Under the pieces are notes generated by a model. The model saw nothing but the letters and a program-made list of their open reading frames with translations. It had not been told where the DNA came from and searched no databases. Shown piece by piece: positions 32,475 to 43,339 of a DNA stretch of 64,000 nt. The stretch is from positions 1 to 64,000 of the forward strand of contig CBIHRS010000027.1 of NCBI GenBank assembly GCA_966212505.1, written 5' to 3'. The DNA is from an uncultured bacterium. Its GTDB lineage: Bacteria; Pseudomonadota; Gammaproteobacteria; Burkholderiales; Burkholderiaceae_C. The position numbers were made by a program, and so were the translations under genes. How positions within the stretch are numbered: the stretch's first letter is position 1; every line of letters begins with the position of its first letter.

Positions 32475-32751
32475 GGGCCTGAGCGGGCAGCAACTCGAAG
32501 CGCGCCAGCGGCCAGGCTTCGACCACCACCTCCTGGCCCGGCGACAGCATCAGCACGTCACCCGCCTTGAGCCAGAAGTCGGCCGGCACCTCGTCGTCGG
32601 AGACGGCACTGCTGGTCAGCCAGAGCAGACCCTCGGTCACTCGCAGGCAACGCAGGTTCCGTTCGGCGACCAGGCGCCGTGCACTGCCTTGGCGCAGCGT
32701 CATCTCGGAAGCCGGGGACTGTTGCGAATAGCTCATCACAGAGGTGCTCAT
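32377..32751 (-). CDS. DUF2917-like small protein
   Basis: 124-aa ORF divergent from a LysR regulator, the typical DUF2917 context. The 3' end overlaps the tfoX remnant on the other strand. Confidence 0.45.
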   Translation of the reverse strand: MSTSVMSYSQQSPASEMTLRQGSARRLVAERNLRCLRVTEGLLWLTSSAVSDDEVPADFWLKAGDVLMLSPGQEVVVEAWPLARFELLPAQALSPSSARAPQPPLRWLQKLRASALAPAPCPQC

Positions 32752-32846
32752 GGCATACTCCTTTCACATCACCATGAGAGAGATTCTGGGAGTTTTCGAG
32801 GGAAAACACCAATGAGTTCGGCCTGTCCTATTGATTCCAGATTCGC

Positions 32847-33809
32847 ATGAATAGAGTGGTGCGTCACCGTCCGTTGAGCGTCGGTGGGCTGCGTGCCTTC
32901 GAGGCCGTGGCGCGACGGTTGAGCTTCCGCGCGGCCGCCGAGGAGTTGCACCTGACGCAATCGGCCATCAGCCGCCAGATCCGTGCGCTCGAAGACGAGC
33001 TGGGGGCGCCGCTGTTCCTGCGCGGCACGCGCCACGTCGAGCTCACCGGCCCGGGCACCTCGCTGCTGCACGCGGTGGAGCCGATGCTCGCCCGGCTCGA
33101 TGCCGCTGTGCGTCAGATCCGGCTCGCGCGCGGGCGGCGCCACGTCAGCCTCACCACCTTTGCCTCGTTCGCATCGCTGTGGCTGATTCCGCGGCTGCAG
33201 GCCTTCCAGCGCGACCATCCCGACATCGACATCCGCATCTCGGCCACCGATGCGATCGCCGACCTCGACGACCCCGAGCTCGACATCGCAATCCGCTACT
33301 GCCATCCCGATGACGCCCCGCCCGGCGCGGTGCGCCTGTTCGGCGAGGTGATGACGCCGGTGGTGAGCGCAGGCATGGCGGAGCAGGCGCGCAACGGCCT
33401 CGCGCCGCCGCTGAAGCAACCTGCCGACCTCGTACGCCACACCCTGCTCGAGGAAGACGACCAGCGCCCCAGTGCCGAATACCTCAGCTGGCGCTACTGG
33501 CTGCAGCAGCAGGGCCAGCCGCAGCTGCAGCCGCTGCGCTGGATCTACCTCAACTTCACCTACCAGCAGATCCAGGCCGCGCTGGCCGGCCAGGGCGTGG
33601 CGCTGGCCCGTGTGGCGCTCGTCTACGAATCGCTGATGCGCGGTGAACTGGTCGAGCCTTTCGGCGTCGAACGCCGGGTGTCATCCCCGTTCGCCTATTG
33701 GGCCATTCCCGGCACGGCCAGCGTCGAACGCCCCGAGTTGCGTCAGTTCTTCTCGTGGGTGGTCGAGCAGGCCGCGCGCTCGCGGCAGGCCATCGGCGAA
33801 AGCGATTGA
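32847..33809 (+). CDS. LysR-family transcriptional regulator
   Basis: N-terminal wHTH (LRAFEAVARRLSFRAAAEELHLTQSAISRQIRALE) and a LysR substrate-binding domain. Confidence 0.9.
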   Translation: MNRVVRHRPLSVGGLRAFEAVARRLSFRAAAEELHLTQSAISRQIRALEDELGAPLFLRGTRHVELTGPGTSLLHAVEPMLARLDAAVRQIRLARGRRHVSLTTFASFASLWLIPRLQAFQRDHPDIDIRISATDAIADLDDPELDIAIRYCHPDDAPPGAVRLFGEVMTPVVSAGMAEQARNGLAPPLKQPADLVRHTLLEEDDQRPSAEYLSWRYWLQQQGQPQLQPLRWIYLNFTYQQIQAALAGQGVALARVALVYESLMRGELVEPFGVERRVSSPFAYWAIPGTASVERPELRQFFSWVVEQAARSRQAIGESD

Positions 33810-33903
33810 CGGGATGGCCCGTGCCGCGGATGCACGGGATCATGTGTTGCCTGTCATCCCTTCGCGCAGACGCTGCGCTACATTGAATTCGAGGGGCGCC
33901 GCC

Positions 33904-35970
33904 ATGCAGGCTGGCGCTGCCTGCACGCCATCCATGTCCGCCTCCAGATTCCCTGCCCCCATCCCCGCCCGACTCCTCTTCGTCTGGCTGCTCGGCATCG
34001 CACTGCTCATCGGTGCCCTGCCCGCGCGCGCGCAAACCACCGGCGATGCGCTGGTGCTGGAGGCCCGCGATGCCTTGCGCCGGCACGACCGGACGAAGCT
34101 CGCTGCCGCACGCACTGCGGCCATCGCCGCACAGCACCCGCTCGCCCCCTGGATCGACTACTGGGAGCTCGGCAATCGCCTGAGCGAAGTGCGGCAGGAC
34201 GAAGTCGAGGCCTTCTATGCGCGCTGGCCCGGCAGCTACGTGGAAGACCGCCTGCGCAACGACTGGCTGCTCGAGCTCGGCCATCGCCGCGACTGGGCCA
34301 ACTTCGCGCGCGAATTTCCCCGCTTCCGGATGAACGACGACCGCGAGGTGACCTGCTATGCCGTGCTGAGCGAGCATATGGCGGGCCGCAACGTCGTCGA
34401 TGCGGCCCGCGCCGCCTGGTACGCCCAGCGCGATGTCGACGAAGGCTGCACCCTGCTGGCCACGGTGATGATCGAGGCCAAGCGCTTCACGCAGGACGAC
34501 ATCTGGCGCGCCGCGCGGCTCGCGGTCGAATTCAACCGGCCACGCGTGGCGCGGCTGGCGGCCAACTTCATCAACCTGCAGGCCGCCAATGCGGTCACCG
34601 AGCTGCTCGACCAGCCGGCGCGCTACCTCACACGTCGTGCCAACGTGAGCGGCCGGCTCAATGCCGAGCTCACCGCGCTGGCCGTGATGCGCATGGCGTG
34701 GAACGACCCCGAGGCGGCGGCCGGCCAGCTCGAGCAGCGCTGGCAATTGGCGCTGCCGCCCGAGCTGGCGAGCATCGCGTGGGCGACGGTGGCCAAGCAG
34801 GCTGCGATCAAGCTGATGCCGGAGGCCGTGCCCTACTACCAGCTCGGCTGGAAGGCCGGACATCGCCCCGGCCAGCCGGCCGTCGAATGGACCGACGATG
34901 CGCTGGGCTGGGCGGTGCGCAGCGCGCTCCGGTCGGGTCGCGGCACACAGCGCTGGAGCACCGCCCAGAGCGCGATCGCGGCGATGAGCGCGGCCGAGCA
35001 GCGCGAACCGGTGTGGGTGTACTGGAAGGCGCGCGCGCTGGCCGCGCTCGCCAAGAACGGCCCCGAAGGCGATGCCGACCGCACCCAGTCGCGCCAGCTG
35101 CTCGAATCGATCGCCGGCCAGCTCAACTTCTACGGCCTGCTCGCCACCGAAGAGCTGGGCCAGCCGATCATGCTGCCGCCCAAGCCGGCGCCGCTCACGA
35201 TGGCCGAGCGCGTGATCGCGCAGGGCAACCCCGGCCTGTCCAGATCGCTTCAGCTGATCTCGCTGGGCCTGCGCAGCGAGGGCGTGCGCGAATGGAACTA
35301 CATGCTGCGCGGCATGAGCGACCGCGAGCTGCTGGCCGCGGCCCAGCTCGCCTGCGAGCGCGAGGTGTGGGACCGCTGCATCAACACCAGCGACCGCACC
35401 CGCAGTGAAATCGACCTCGACCAGCGCTTTCCTACGCCCTTCCGCACCGACGTGCTGGCCAAGGCCGCCGAGATCGGCATCGATCCGGCCTATGTCTACG
35501 GGCTGATCCGGCAGGAATCGCGCTTCGTGATGGATGCGCGCTCGGCGGTCGGTGCGTCGGGCCTGATGCAGCTGATGCCCGCCACCGCGAAGTGGACGGC
35601 CAAGAAGCTGGGCGTGCCGTTCACGCCGACGATGATCACCGACCGGGAACAGAACATCCGCCTGGGCACCGGCTACCTGAAGCTGGTGCTCGACGACTTC
35701 GGCGGCTCGCAGCCACTGGCGGCCGCCGCCTACAACGCCGGTCCGAGCCGCTCGCGGCGCTGGCGCGACGGGCCGGTGCTCGAGCCGGCCATCTGGGCGG
35801 AGAACATCCCCTTCAACGAAACGCGCGACTATGTGAAGAAGGTGCTGACCAATGCGGTGCTCTACGCGAGCGTCCTCACCGGCCAGCCGGCCTCGCTGAA
35901 AGCCCGCCTGGGTGCCAGCATCGGCCCGCGCGACGCCGGGCCGGCCGTGCTGACGGCCGACCTGCCCTGA
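33904..35970 (+). CDS. slt: soluble lytic murein transglycosylase (Slt70 family)
   Basis: Signal peptide, superhelical N-terminal domain, C-terminal lysozyme-like SLT motif (ESRF...GASGLMQLMPATA...AAYNAGP). Start at internal Met. Alternative start at 33934. Confidence 0.88.
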   Translation: MQAGAACTPSMSASRFPAPIPARLLFVWLLGIALLIGALPARAQTTGDALVLEARDALRRHDRTKLAAARTAAIAAQHPLAPWIDYWELGNRLSEVRQDEVEAFYARWPGSYVEDRLRNDWLLELGHRRDWANFAREFPRFRMNDDREVTCYAVLSEHMAGRNVVDAARAAWYAQRDVDEGCTLLATVMIEAKRFTQDDIWRAARLAVEFNRPRVARLAANFINLQAANAVTELLDQPARYLTRRANVSGRLNAELTALAVMRMAWNDPEAAAGQLEQRWQLALPPELASIAWATVAKQAAIKLMPEAVPYYQLGWKAGHRPGQPAVEWTDDALGWAVRSALRSGRGTQRWSTAQSAIAAMSAAEQREPVWVYWKARALAALAKNGPEGDADRTQSRQLLESIAGQLNFYGLLATEELGQPIMLPPKPAPLTMAERVIAQGNPGLSRSLQLISLGLRSEGVREWNYMLRGMSDRELLAAAQLACEREVWDRCINTSDRTRSEIDLDQRFPTPFRTDVLAKAAEIGIDPAYVYGLIRQESRFVMDARSAVGASGLMQLMPATAKWTAKKLGVPFTPTMITDREQNIRLGTGYLKLVLDDFGGSQPLAAAAYNAGPSRSRRWRDGPVLEPAIWAENIPFNETRDYVKKVLTNAVLYASVLTGQPASLKARLGASIGPRDAGPAVLTADLP

Positions 35971-35992
35971 CAGTATCGGCAAGGAGAACCGC

Positions 35993-36946
35993 ATGGACAG
36001 CATCCTCGTTCTCGGTGGTACCGGCTTTCTCGGCCGGGCAGTGTGCGAAGAACTAGTCCGCCAGGGCGGCGGCGCCGGTGGCCGCCTGATCGTTCCCACC
36101 CGGCAGCCGCTGCACGGCCGCGAGCTGCTGCCGCTGCCTTCGGTGGAGATTGCGCAGGCCGATGTGCACGACGATCGCACCCTCGCACGCCTGGTGGCCG
36201 GGCGGGACGCGGTGATCAACCTCGTCGGCATCCTGCATGGCAGCCCGGCCGACTTCGAGCGCGTCCATGTCGCGCTGCCGCGGCGCCTCGCCCAAGCCTG
36301 CGCGCAGGCGGGCGTGCGGCGCATCGTCCACGTGAGCGCATTGGGTGCCCAGGCCGGCGGACCGTCTCACTACCTCCGGACCAAGGCCGCCGGCGAGGCG
36401 GCCTTGAAGGCTGCGGGGCTGGACCTGACGGTGCTGCGGCCTTCGGTGATGTTCGGCGCGGAAGACCACTTCCTGCATCTCTTTGCCAGCCTCTCGCGCC
36501 GCCTGCCGGTGTTGCCGCTCGCTGGCGCCCACAGCCGGCTGCAGCCGGTCTGGGTCGACGACGTTGCCAGGGGCATCGCGACCTGCCTGGTCCGCCCCGA
36601 CACCATCGGGCTGACCCTGGAGTGCGCCGGCCCGCGCGTCACCACGCTGCGCGAGCTGGTGGAAGCGGTCGGTCGCTGGTCTGGGCATCCGCGCCGCGTG
36701 ATCCCGATCTCGGATACCCTGGCCCGGCTGCAGATCGCCCTGCTGTCGCTGTTGCCTGGCGCGCCGCTGATGACGCGGGACAACCTGCTGTCGCTGCAGG
36801 TTCCCAATGTCGCCACCGGCGACCTGCCCACGTTGTACAAGCTGGGCATCGACCCCGCGCCGCTGGAAGCAGTGGCGCCGCTGATCCTGAGCAGCTACCT
36901 CCAGAGCCGGCTGGTGCGCTGGCGCGCCGTCGCCCGCAAGGGCTGA
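35993..36946 (+). CDS. NAD(P)H-binding complex-I NDUFA9-like / NAD-dependent epimerase-dehydratase family protein
   Basis: Rossmann motif VLGGTGFLGRAV and SDR-extended-like Y..K (YLRTKAAGE). Confidence 0.75.
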   Translation: MDSILVLGGTGFLGRAVCEELVRQGGGAGGRLIVPTRQPLHGRELLPLPSVEIAQADVHDDRTLARLVAGRDAVINLVGILHGSPADFERVHVALPRRLAQACAQAGVRRIVHVSALGAQAGGPSHYLRTKAAGEAALKAAGLDLTVLRPSVMFGAEDHFLHLFASLSRRLPVLPLAGAHSRLQPVWVDDVARGIATCLVRPDTIGLTLECAGPRVTTLRELVEAVGRWSGHPRRVIPISDTLARLQIALLSLLPGAPLMTRDNLLSLQVPNVATGDLPTLYKLGIDPAPLEAVAPLILSSYLQSRLVRWRAVARKG

Positions 36947-37048
36947 CCAGGCACCGATGCCGGCGCCGCATCGATCGCTTGCGCATTGCTCATGCGCAGC
37001 GCAGCGGCGCGCCCGTAGCATCCAGCTCCCCGCTCCACGAGGTCATCC

Positions 37049-37738
37049 ATGAAGCTCTACATCGGCAACAAGAACTATTCGTCCTGGTCCCTGCGCCCCT
37101 GGCTGGCGATGACCGAGCTCGGCATCCCGTTCGAGGAAGTGAAGCTGCGGCTCGACTTCAGCGAAGGCTCCGAATTCAAGACGCGGCTGGCCGGCATCGC
37201 GCCCAGCGGCAAGGTGCCGGTACTGGTCGACGACGACGGCTTCGCGGTCTGGGACACGCTGGCCATCGTCGAATACCTGGCCGAGGCTCACCCCGGCCGC
37301 GGCGTGTGGCCGGCCGACCGTCTGGCGCGAGCCCGGGCCCGCAGCCTCTGCGCCGAGATGCACTCCGGCTTCGGCGCGCTGCGCAACCACTGTCCGATGA
37401 ACATCGAGGCCTCGCTCGTAGACGTCGGCACCCGCCTGTGGGCGACGCAGGACGACGTTCGTCGCGACGTTGTCCGCGTCGAGCAGATGTGGTCCGAGCA
37501 GTTGGCCCGCTCGGGCGGCCCGTTCCTCTTCGGCGCCTTCTCGGCCGCCGACGCCTACTTCGCGCCGGTCTGCACCCGTCTCCGGACCTATGCACTGCCG
37601 GTCAGCGCGAGCACCCAGGCCTACATCGACCGGGTCTATGCCCTGCCCGGGATGCAGCGCTGGATCGCCGACGCGCTCCGGGAGCACGACTTCCTCGAGT
37701 TCGACGAGCCCTATCGGCAGGCGCCCCAACGAGGCTAG
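37049..37738 (+). CDS. glutathione S-transferase family protein
   Basis: 229 aa with GST N-terminal (SSWSLRPWLAM, VPVLVDD, WDTLAIVEYL) and C-terminal domains. Confidence 0.8.
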   Translation: MKLYIGNKNYSSWSLRPWLAMTELGIPFEEVKLRLDFSEGSEFKTRLAGIAPSGKVPVLVDDDGFAVWDTLAIVEYLAEAHPGRGVWPADRLARARARSLCAEMHSGFGALRNHCPMNIEASLVDVGTRLWATQDDVRRDVVRVEQMWSEQLARSGGPFLFGAFSAADAYFAPVCTRLRTYALPVSASTQAYIDRVYALPGMQRWIADALREHDFLEFDEPYRQAPQRG

Positions 37739-37904
37739 GGCGCGACACAAGTTCCCCCGGAATGCGGGTAACCCCTCACTTGGGGGGGCGACGGGCGGTA
37801 ACGCCTTCCTTACAGTCCGCCCACGTCAACACCAACTGGAGAGCGGGCTGCTCCCAAGCGGAAGCAGACGTCAACTTTCCAATCCAATCATTCGAGGGAT
37901 TCTG

Positions 37905-38411
37905 ATGTTCAAGCAATTCGCAGTCGCGCTGGCCGCCGTGGCCGCCGTTGGCGCCGCCAACGCCACCACCTACGACCTGGGCGTGATCTCCACCGACGTC
38001 GCCAACCCCACCGTCGACACCTTCCTGGTCGCCAAGGGTTCGTTCGTCGACGAAATCGACTTCCAAGTTGCCGCTCCGTCGGTGGTCGACGCTTCGGCCA
38101 ACGCCATCAGCCTGCGCCTGCGCGGCGTGACGGTGAACGCCATCCCCGACCTGTGGGTCCAGGTGTGGGACAACGTGCATCCCTTTGGCGTGCACAACTT
38201 CATCAACTTCGCCGGTAACGACACCACGGTCAGCTTCTCGCTGCCCGCCGCCGGCCAGTACCACCTCGACATCACCGGCACGGCTATCGCCAAGTCGGCT
38301 TACACCGTCGCCCTGGTCGCCACCCCGGTGCCGGAACCCGAAACCTATGCCCTGATGCTGGCTGGCATCGGCGCCATCGGTTTCGTGGCCCGCCGTCGCA
38401 AGGCTGCCTGA
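37905..38411 (+). CDS. PEP-CTERM sorting-domain secreted protein
   Basis: Signal peptide and a C-terminal [27 protein letters not shown]. Start at the internal Met of the ORF (MFKQFAVA). Confidence 0.8.
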   Translation: MFKQFAVALAAVAAVGAANATTYDLGVISTDVANPTVDTFLVAKGSFVDEIDFQVAAPSVVDASANAISLRLRGVTVNAIPDLWVQVWDNVHPFGVHNFINFAGNDTTVSFSLPAAGQYHLDITGTAIAKSAYTVALVATPVPEPETYALMLAGIGAIGFVARRRKAA

Positions 38412-38432
38412 GCCTTCCCGGCACAGCATTGA

Positions 38433-38456
38433 ACGGCGCCTTCGGGCGCCGTTTTT
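38433..38456 (+). terminator. rho-independent terminator (ACGGCGCC-TTCG-GGCGCCGT + TTTTT)
   Basis: Hairpin plus a T-run, directly after the PEP-CTERM gene. Confidence 0.75.
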
Positions 38457-38497
38457 CATGGGCGGTGCGCGCAGCGCGTGCCGCCTACACTCTCCCG

Positions 38498-39730
38498 ATG
38501 CAAAGCTACATCGTCGGCGGCGCGGTGCGCGACCAGCTGCTCGGCCGCCCCTCCCACGACCGCGACTGGGTCGTCGTCGGCGCGACACCCCACGACATGG
38601 AGCGCGCCGGCTTCATGGCGGTCGGCCGCGACTTCCCGGTCTTCCTCCATCCCGAGACCCGCGAGGAATACGCGCTGGCGCGCACCGAGCGCAAGACGGC
38701 CCCGGGCTATCGCGGCTTCGTCGTCCATGCCGACCCGACGGTGACGCTGGAGGAAGACCTGAGCCGGCGCGACCTCACCATCAACGCGATGGCGATGTCG
38801 GAAGACGGCCGCCTGATCGATCCGTTCGGCGGCGCGCGCGACTTGCAGCAGCGCGTTCTGCGCCATGTCTCCGAGGCCTTCGTCGAAGACCCCGTACGCA
38901 TCCTGCGGCTGGCGCGCTTTGCCGCCCGGCTGCCCGATTTCCAGGTGGCCGATGAGACGAAGGCCCTGATGCGCCGGATGGTCGAGGCCGGCGAGGTCGA
39001 TGCCCTGGTGGCCGAGCGGGTCTGGCAGGAGCTGTCGCGCGGGCTGATGGAAGCCCGGCCCAGCCGGATGTTCGAGGTGCTGCGCGACTGCGGTGCGCTG
39101 GCCATCCTGCTGCCCGAGGTCGACCGGCTCTGGGGCGTGCCGCAGCGTGCCGAATTCCATCCGGAGGTCGACACCGGCGTGCACCTGATGATGGTGCTCG
39201 ACATGTCGGCACGGCTGAAGACGCCGCTCGAGGTGCGGTTCGCCTGCCTGTGCCATGACCTGGGCAAGGGCACCACCCCGCCAGAAATCCTGCCGCGGCA
39301 TCTGGGCCACGAAGCGCGCAGCGCCGAGTTGCTGGCGCAGGTGTGTGATCGCTGGCGCGTGCCGGTGGCCTGCAGGGAAGTGGCCGACGTGGTGGCGCGG
39401 GAGCATGGCAACGTGCACCGGAGCCTGGAACTCGGCGCGACCGGACTGGTGCGGTTGCTCGAGCGCTGCGATGCGCTACGCCGGCCGCAGCGATTCGAGC
39501 AGGTGCTGCTGGCCTGCGAATGCGATGCGCGCGGCCGCCTCGGTTTCGAGGAGCAGCCCTATCCGCAGGCGCCACGGCTGCTGCAGGCCTTGCGCTGCGC
39601 ACAGGAAACCGATGTGGCCATCGTCGCCAAAGACGCCGCTGCCCGCGGCCTCACCGGCCCGCAGGTGGGCGAGGCGATCCGGCGCGCACGCATTGGCGCC
39701 GTCGCACGCGGCCTGACGCTGGCCGAATAG
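38498..39730 (+). CDS. cca: multifunctional CCA tRNA nucleotidyltransferase (with HD domain)
   Basis: Motifs [26 protein letters not shown] and a C-terminal HD phosphohydrolase domain (HLMMVLD..HDLGK). Confidence 0.93.
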   Translation: MQSYIVGGAVRDQLLGRPSHDRDWVVVGATPHDMERAGFMAVGRDFPVFLHPETREEYALARTERKTAPGYRGFVVHADPTVTLEEDLSRRDLTINAMAMSEDGRLIDPFGGARDLQQRVLRHVSEAFVEDPVRILRLARFAARLPDFQVADETKALMRRMVEAGEVDALVAERVWQELSRGLMEARPSRMFEVLRDCGALAILLPEVDRLWGVPQRAEFHPEVDTGVHLMMVLDMSARLKTPLEVRFACLCHDLGKGTTPPEILPRHLGHEARSAELLAQVCDRWRVPVACREVADVVAREHGNVHRSLELGATGLVRLLERCDALRRPQRFEQVLLACECDARGRLGFEEQPYPQAPRLLQALRCAQETDVAIVAKDAAARGLTGPQVGEAIRRARIGAVARGLTLAE

Positions 39731-39740
39731 CCCAAACGCC

Positions 39741-40838
39741 CTACAGCCGGTGCGTGCGGTCGCCGGCGCTGAAGCCGATCGGATCGAAGCGGCAACCCTT
39801 CGCAAAGCCGATCACCTTGAACAGCTCGCCCATCTCGTGCTCGGCGATCAGCTTCTGCGCATTCGCCACCGTCCGCACATCTGCCTGCCGAAGCCGGTCG
39901 ACCAGCCCGCAGTTGATCAGGAAGCGGCCCTGCGAGGTGTAGCCCAGCACCTCCAGTCCATGCTGCTGGCCGGCCAGCGCAATGCCTGTGAAGTTGACAT
40001 GGGCCGTGATGTCCTTGAGGCCGATGTCGCTCAGCGGATCGGTGTCGGCGCGGTGTGCGCGGTGGCACATCAACGTGCCGCCGATGCGCTGCGGGTGGTA
40101 GTACTCCGCCTCGGGAAAGCCATAGTCGACGAAGAAGGCCGCGCCGCACTCCAGCCGCTCGGCCAGCGTCGCGATGAAAGCCTCCGCCTGAGGATGGATC
40201 TCGGTGACGGTGCCGGGAACGAAGGGGCCGTCGACCGGGGGATGGAGCGTGGTTTCGCGGTCCTGCCAGCCGAAGCCCTCGCCGTCGGCCACCACGCCGC
40301 GCTCCAGCCAGCGCTCGCCCGTCCAGTGCAGCAACTGCACCGGCATCGCATCGAGCACCTCGTTGCCGACCAGCACGCCCTGCAATTGCGCGGGCAGTGC
40401 GTCGGCCCACTGCACCCGGTCGCCGAAGGGCGCGAGCCGCTCCTGCTGGCGCGCGCGCAGCGTGCCGGAGAGATCGACGATGGTGTAGCGGCCGATGCGC
40501 TCGCCCAGCGTCTGCAGCAGCTGTTCGGCCAACGCGCCGGAGCCGGCGCCAAACTCCCACACGTCCTCGGTGCCGCTGGCCTGCAGCGCCTGCTCGACCT
40601 GCACCGCGAGCGTCTGGCCGAACAGTGGCGAGAGCTCGGGGGCTGTGACGAAATCGCTGCCGGACGACGGCATCGCGCCGAACTTGCGGCTGTGATTGGC
40701 GTAGTAGCCGAGGCCCGGCGCATAGAGCGCCAGCGACATGTAGCGATCGAACGGCAGCCAGCCGCCGGCCTCGGCGATCTCGTGCAGGACGAGCTCGCGC
40801 AAAGCGGCAGGCAGGGCGGCAAAGACAGGGGCGCTCAC
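39741..40838 (-). CDS. class I SAM-dependent methyltransferase, MidA/NDUFAF7 (DUF185) family
   Basis: DUF185 blocks (FVTAPELSPLFG, EFGAGSGALA, VLVGNEVLDAMPV, AFFVDYGF). GTG start chosen to include the conserved N-terminus. Confidence 0.75.
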   Translation of the reverse strand: MSAPVFAALPAALRELVLHEIAEAGGWLPFDRYMSLALYAPGLGYYANHSRKFGAMPSSGSDFVTAPELSPLFGQTLAVQVEQALQASGTEDVWEFGAGSGALAEQLLQTLGERIGRYTIVDLSGTLRARQQERLAPFGDRVQWADALPAQLQGVLVGNEVLDAMPVQLLHWTGERWLERGVVADGEGFGWQDRETTLHPPVDGPFVPGTVTEIHPQAEAFIATLAERLECGAAFFVDYGFPEAEYYHPQRIGGTLMCHRAHRADTDPLSDIGLKDITAHVNFTGIALAGQQHGLEVLGYTSQGRFLINCGLVDRLRQADVRTVANAQKLIAEHEMGELFKVIGFAKGCRFDPIGFSAGDRTHRL

Positions 40839-40966
40839 CCGGCGATTGTAGGAAGCGCCGGGGGCCCAAGAGCCCACCCGATAGACTTGGCAGCTTTGCT
40901 GCCCTGCCGTCTCCCCATGCCGACCGCCCTGACCGCCCTCGCCTCCTGCTGCGCCGGGGGCAAAGC

Positions 40967-42325
40967 GTGAGCACGCCCACGATGCTTGATGCGGTGATCG
41001 TCGGCGCCGGCCCCGCCGGCTGCAGCGCCGCTTCCTGGCTTGCGCAGCTGGGCCTGAAGGCCGTGCTGCTCGAACGGGGAACCCGCGTGTGCAACGGCCT
41101 CGCCGGCTTGGACATCGCACAGGACTGGGTGCTCGGCGCCCCGCAGGGCCGGCTCGATGAGCTGGCACGGCAGTACGGCGCACATCTCGGCGCGCTGCCC
41201 GGAGCGGACCTCCGCCTGAACCACACACTCGATGCCGTGCGCTGCCTGCCCGCCGGCGGCTGGGAAGTCGATGCCGGCGGCAGCACGTTCCAGGCGCGTT
41301 GTCTCGTGCTGGCCACCGGCGTGCGACCGCGCCGCCCGGCTGCCTACTTCAGCCAGCCCGACCCCACCGGCCGGGTGATGGATGCGATGCAGCTCACCGC
41401 CCGCCGCACACAACTGGCGCCAGGGCGCGTGCTGCTGCTGGGCGGCGGGGACAACGCGGTCGAGAACGCGCTGTACCTGCAGGAGCACGGCCATCAGGTC
41501 ACGCTGAGCACGCGCTCCAGCTGGCGAGCTCAGCCGGGGCTGCTGGCCCGCCTGCGCGCCAGCACCGGCATCACGATGCGCGAAGATGAAGCGGTGCCAC
41601 GACTGGAGGCGATCGAAGCCGACGGCGTGCGCCTCGTGCGCGACAACGGCGAGACCGAGCGCTTCGATGCAATGGCCGTGCTGTTCGGCTTCGAGCCCGA
41701 GCCGGCGGCCTATGAGCTGGTGCGCGACGCGATGCGCGATGCCGGGCTGCCCTCGCCCGCCATCGGCACGCTGGCCTGGCAACTGCCGGAAGCGCCAGCC
41801 GCCGGCCTGTTCGTTGCCGGCGATGCGAGCGGCCGCTGGCATCCCTGCGTGCAGACAGCGCTGGCCGACGGCGTCAACGCCGCCAAGCAGGTGCAGCAGT
41901 GCGTGCGACATCCGCTGACGCTGGAGCAGGCCCGCGGTGCGCTGGCCGCCGGCGGCAGCGCCGCGCGCCGTGGCCAGGTGCTGCGCCTCACCGGCCTGCG
42001 CTGCGACGCGCGCCTGGGCTGGCTCGACCGCGAGAAGCGCGGCCCGCAGCCGATCCAGGTCGATGCCGAGCTCAACATGGGGCCGCAGCCGCTGCTGCCC
42101 AATGACGACGACCTCGCCCATGTGCTGGACTACCGCAAAGTCCGCCAGATCATCATCGACGAGTGCAACGCCGAGCATGCACACTTGATCGAAACCCTGC
42201 TCGGCAAGCTGTGCCTGCGCCTGATGCGCCTGCCGGGCGTGCATGGCGTGCGGGTGCAGGTGACCAAGCTGGAGATCTTCGACGACTGCCATGTCGCGAT
42301 GAGCGCCGAGCATGGGCAATGGTGA
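40967..42325 (+). CDS. fusion protein: thioredoxin-reductase-like FAD/NAD(P) oxidoreductase (N) + dihydroneopterin aldolase FolB (C)
   Basis: N-terminal FAD dinucleotide motif ([15 protein letters not shown]), a second Rossmann motif ([12 protein letters not shown]) and a flavoprotein C-terminal motif ([10 protein letters not shown]). Residues about 330-452 align to FolB ([18 protein letters not shown]...[27 protein letters not shown]). A single continuous frame with no stop between the two parts. Confidence 0.7.
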   Translation: MSTPTMLDAVIVGAGPAGCSAASWLAQLGLKAVLLERGTRVCNGLAGLDIAQDWVLGAPQGRLDELARQYGAHLGALPGADLRLNHTLDAVRCLPAGGWEVDAGGSTFQARCLVLATGVRPRRPAAYFSQPDPTGRVMDAMQLTARRTQLAPGRVLLLGGGDNAVENALYLQEHGHQVTLSTRSSWRAQPGLLARLRASTGITMREDEAVPRLEAIEADGVRLVRDNGETERFDAMAVLFGFEPEPAAYELVRDAMRDAGLPSPAIGTLAWQLPEAPAAGLFVAGDASGRWHPCVQTALADGVNAAKQVQQCVRHPLTLEQARGALAAGGSAARRGQVLRLTGLRCDARLGWLDREKRGPQPIQVDAELNMGPQPLLPNDDDLAHVLDYRKVRQIIIDECNAEHAHLIETLLGKLCLRLMRLPGVHGVRVQVTKLEIFDDCHVAMSAEHGQW

Positions 42326-42350
42326 AGACGACGAAAGAAGTGAAGACGTG

Positions 42351-43301
42351 ATGGAAGCCGCAACGACCCCGGGCACTGACCAAACCGCTGAGGCAGCCGC
42401 CGACCAGGCCGCCGCCGAGCGAAAGAAGGCCCACGAGACCAACAAGCTGAGCAAGCGCCTGCACCGGCAGGTGGGCCAGGCCATCGCCGACTTCAACATG
42501 ATCGAGGACGGCGACAAGGTCATGGTGTGCCTCTCCGGAGGCAAGGACAGCTATGCGCTGCTCGACATCCTGATCAACCTGCGCCAGCGCGCGCCGATCC
42601 GCTTCGAGATCGTCGCGGTCAACCTCGACCAGAAGCAGCCCGGCTTCCCTGAAGAGGTGCTGCCGAACTACCTGCGCAGCCTCGGCGTGCCCTTCCACAT
42701 CGAGAACCAGGACACCTACTCGATCGTCAAGCGCCTGATCCCCGAGGGCAAGACGATGTGCAGCCTGTGCTCGCGCCTGCGCCGCGGCATCCTGTACCGG
42801 GTGGCCGGCGAGCTGGGCGCCACCAAGATCGCGCTGGGCCACCATCGTGACGACATGCTGCAGACGCTGTTCATGAACATGTTCTTCGGCAGCCGCATGA
42901 AGGGCATGCCGCCCAAGCTGGTGAGCGACGACGGCAGGAACATCGTGATCCGCCCGCTGGCCTACGTGGCCGAGACCGATCTCGAGCGCTGGGCCCAGGT
43001 GCGCCAGTTCCCGATCATCCCGTGCACGCTGTGCGGCAGCCAGGAGAACCTGCAGCGGGTGCAGATCAAGCAGATGCTGCGCGAGTGGGACCGCAAGTTC
43101 CCCGGCCGCATCGACAACATGTTCACCGCGATGGGCAACATCGTTCCCTCGCACATGATGGACCGGAACCTCTACCCGTTCACCACGCTCAAAACCACGG
43201 GCGTGCCGGATCCGTCGGGCGACAAGGCTTTCGACGACGATGACGAAGCCTGCGCCCCGCCCAGCGGGCCGGCGGTCGTGCAACTGAAGTTCGACGACTG
43301 A
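42351..43301 (+). CDS. ttcA: tRNA 2-thiocytidine(32) synthetase
   Basis: PP-loop SGGKDS, CxxC pairs (CSLCSR, CTLCGS) and typical TtcA blocks. Confidence 0.93.
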   Translation: MEAATTPGTDQTAEAAADQAAAERKKAHETNKLSKRLHRQVGQAIADFNMIEDGDKVMVCLSGGKDSYALLDILINLRQRAPIRFEIVAVNLDQKQPGFPEEVLPNYLRSLGVPFHIENQDTYSIVKRLIPEGKTMCSLCSRLRRGILYRVAGELGATKIALGHHRDDMLQTLFMNMFFGSRMKGMPPKLVSDDGRNIVIRPLAYVAETDLERWAQVRQFPIIPCTLCGSQENLQRVQIKQMLREWDRKFPGRIDNMFTAMGNIVPSHMMDRNLYPFTTLKTTGVPDPSGDKAFDDDDEACAPPSGPAVVQLKFDD

Positions 43302-43339
43302 CGGCCCATCGACCCAACACCCCTGCGAGGACTGCGCCC

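Noticed and set aside
41950-42325. folB as a separate gene
   Set aside because: No stop codon separates it from the upstream flavoprotein and there is no SD in front of the internal GTG. Treated as a fusion, with the alternative noted.
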